From positions 310,001-374,000 of the IMG/VR virus record IMGVR_UViG_3300035182_002586: a DNA stretch of 64,000 nt. One strand, written 5' to 3'. This document shows positions 63,731 to 64,000 of the stretch, one piece after another; positions within the stretch are counted from its first letter, which is position 1, and each line of letters starts with the position of its first letter. The notes below the pieces were generated by a model. The model did not search any database, had not been told where the DNA came from, and was given only the letters and a program-made list of their open reading frames with translations. The position numbers and the translations under genes were made by a program.

Positions 63731-64000
63731 TCACTCTTCCGACATGCTCTTGAGCCCGTCGATCACCGACTTGATCTTTTTGTGATCGACCTTCTGCGGG
63801 TTTGCTCCGGGAAGCTTCATGCCCTCCGGCAGGTCGAGATGCTGCTCCAGACTCTTGATCGTCGAGTCGATCTTCTTCTTGGAGACTGCTTCGCCCTTTT
63901 CGAGCGCACGGGCGATCTCGTTCATCGAGCCGCCGCCCTGCGAGAATTCGTACAGCTTGTTCGAGAGGTCGCGCACTGCACCAGCATCACCCTTGTGCTT
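63731..64000 (-). CDS. partial hypothetical protein, 5' end outside the window
   Basis: Frame open from the window end to the stop at 63731. Confidence 0.65.
   Translation of the reverse strand, partial: KHKGDAGAVRDLSNKLYEFSQGGGSMNEIARALEKGEAVSKKKIDSTIKSLEQHLDLPEGMKLPGANPQKVDHKKIKSVIDGLKSMSEE

Noticed and set aside
1-64000. tRNA or rRNA genes
   Set aside because: No cloverleaf or rRNA signature recognised by eye in the intergenic gaps; tRNAscan-SE was not run.
1-64000. Nucleus-forming (chimallin/PhuZ) phage, or terminase/portal genes
   Set aside because: No tubulin signature, multisubunit RNAP, terminase or portal motifs recognised in this window.

Overview
A ~64 kb, GC-rich segment of a large tailed dsDNA phage with a contractile tail (jumbo-myovirus-like), almost all on the minus strand. 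The host cannot be determined from sequence. Left part: nucleotide metabolism and replication (tandem-domain ThyX, 5'(3')-deoxyribonucleotidase, family A DNA polymerase, stand-alone primase-type Zn finger, DnaB-like helicase, SNF2 helicase) plus a Ycf46-like AAA / DUF1257 / DUF2997 trio. Middle (17.6-31.9 kb): small accessory genes in both orientations (GNAT, dual-specificity phosphatase, ABC-type ATPase, two HEXXH proteins, ECF-sigma-like protein, MazG-like + class II aaRS-like pair). Right: head module (major capsid, scaffold, prohead protease), tail sheath, actin-like ATPase, Dps-like and neck genes, interspersed with five free-standing endonuclease genes. Main finding: a putative neck gene fractured by an atypically split intein (35-aa IntN, 128-aa IntC), with a TnsA-like endonuclease gene in a third reading frame between the halves. 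Two recurrent upstream motifs (GGTGTA; CTTRTC/TTTATC) and a recurrent [K/R]-x-A motif in head proteins are also visible. All family names come from motif recognition by eye; no database searches were run.
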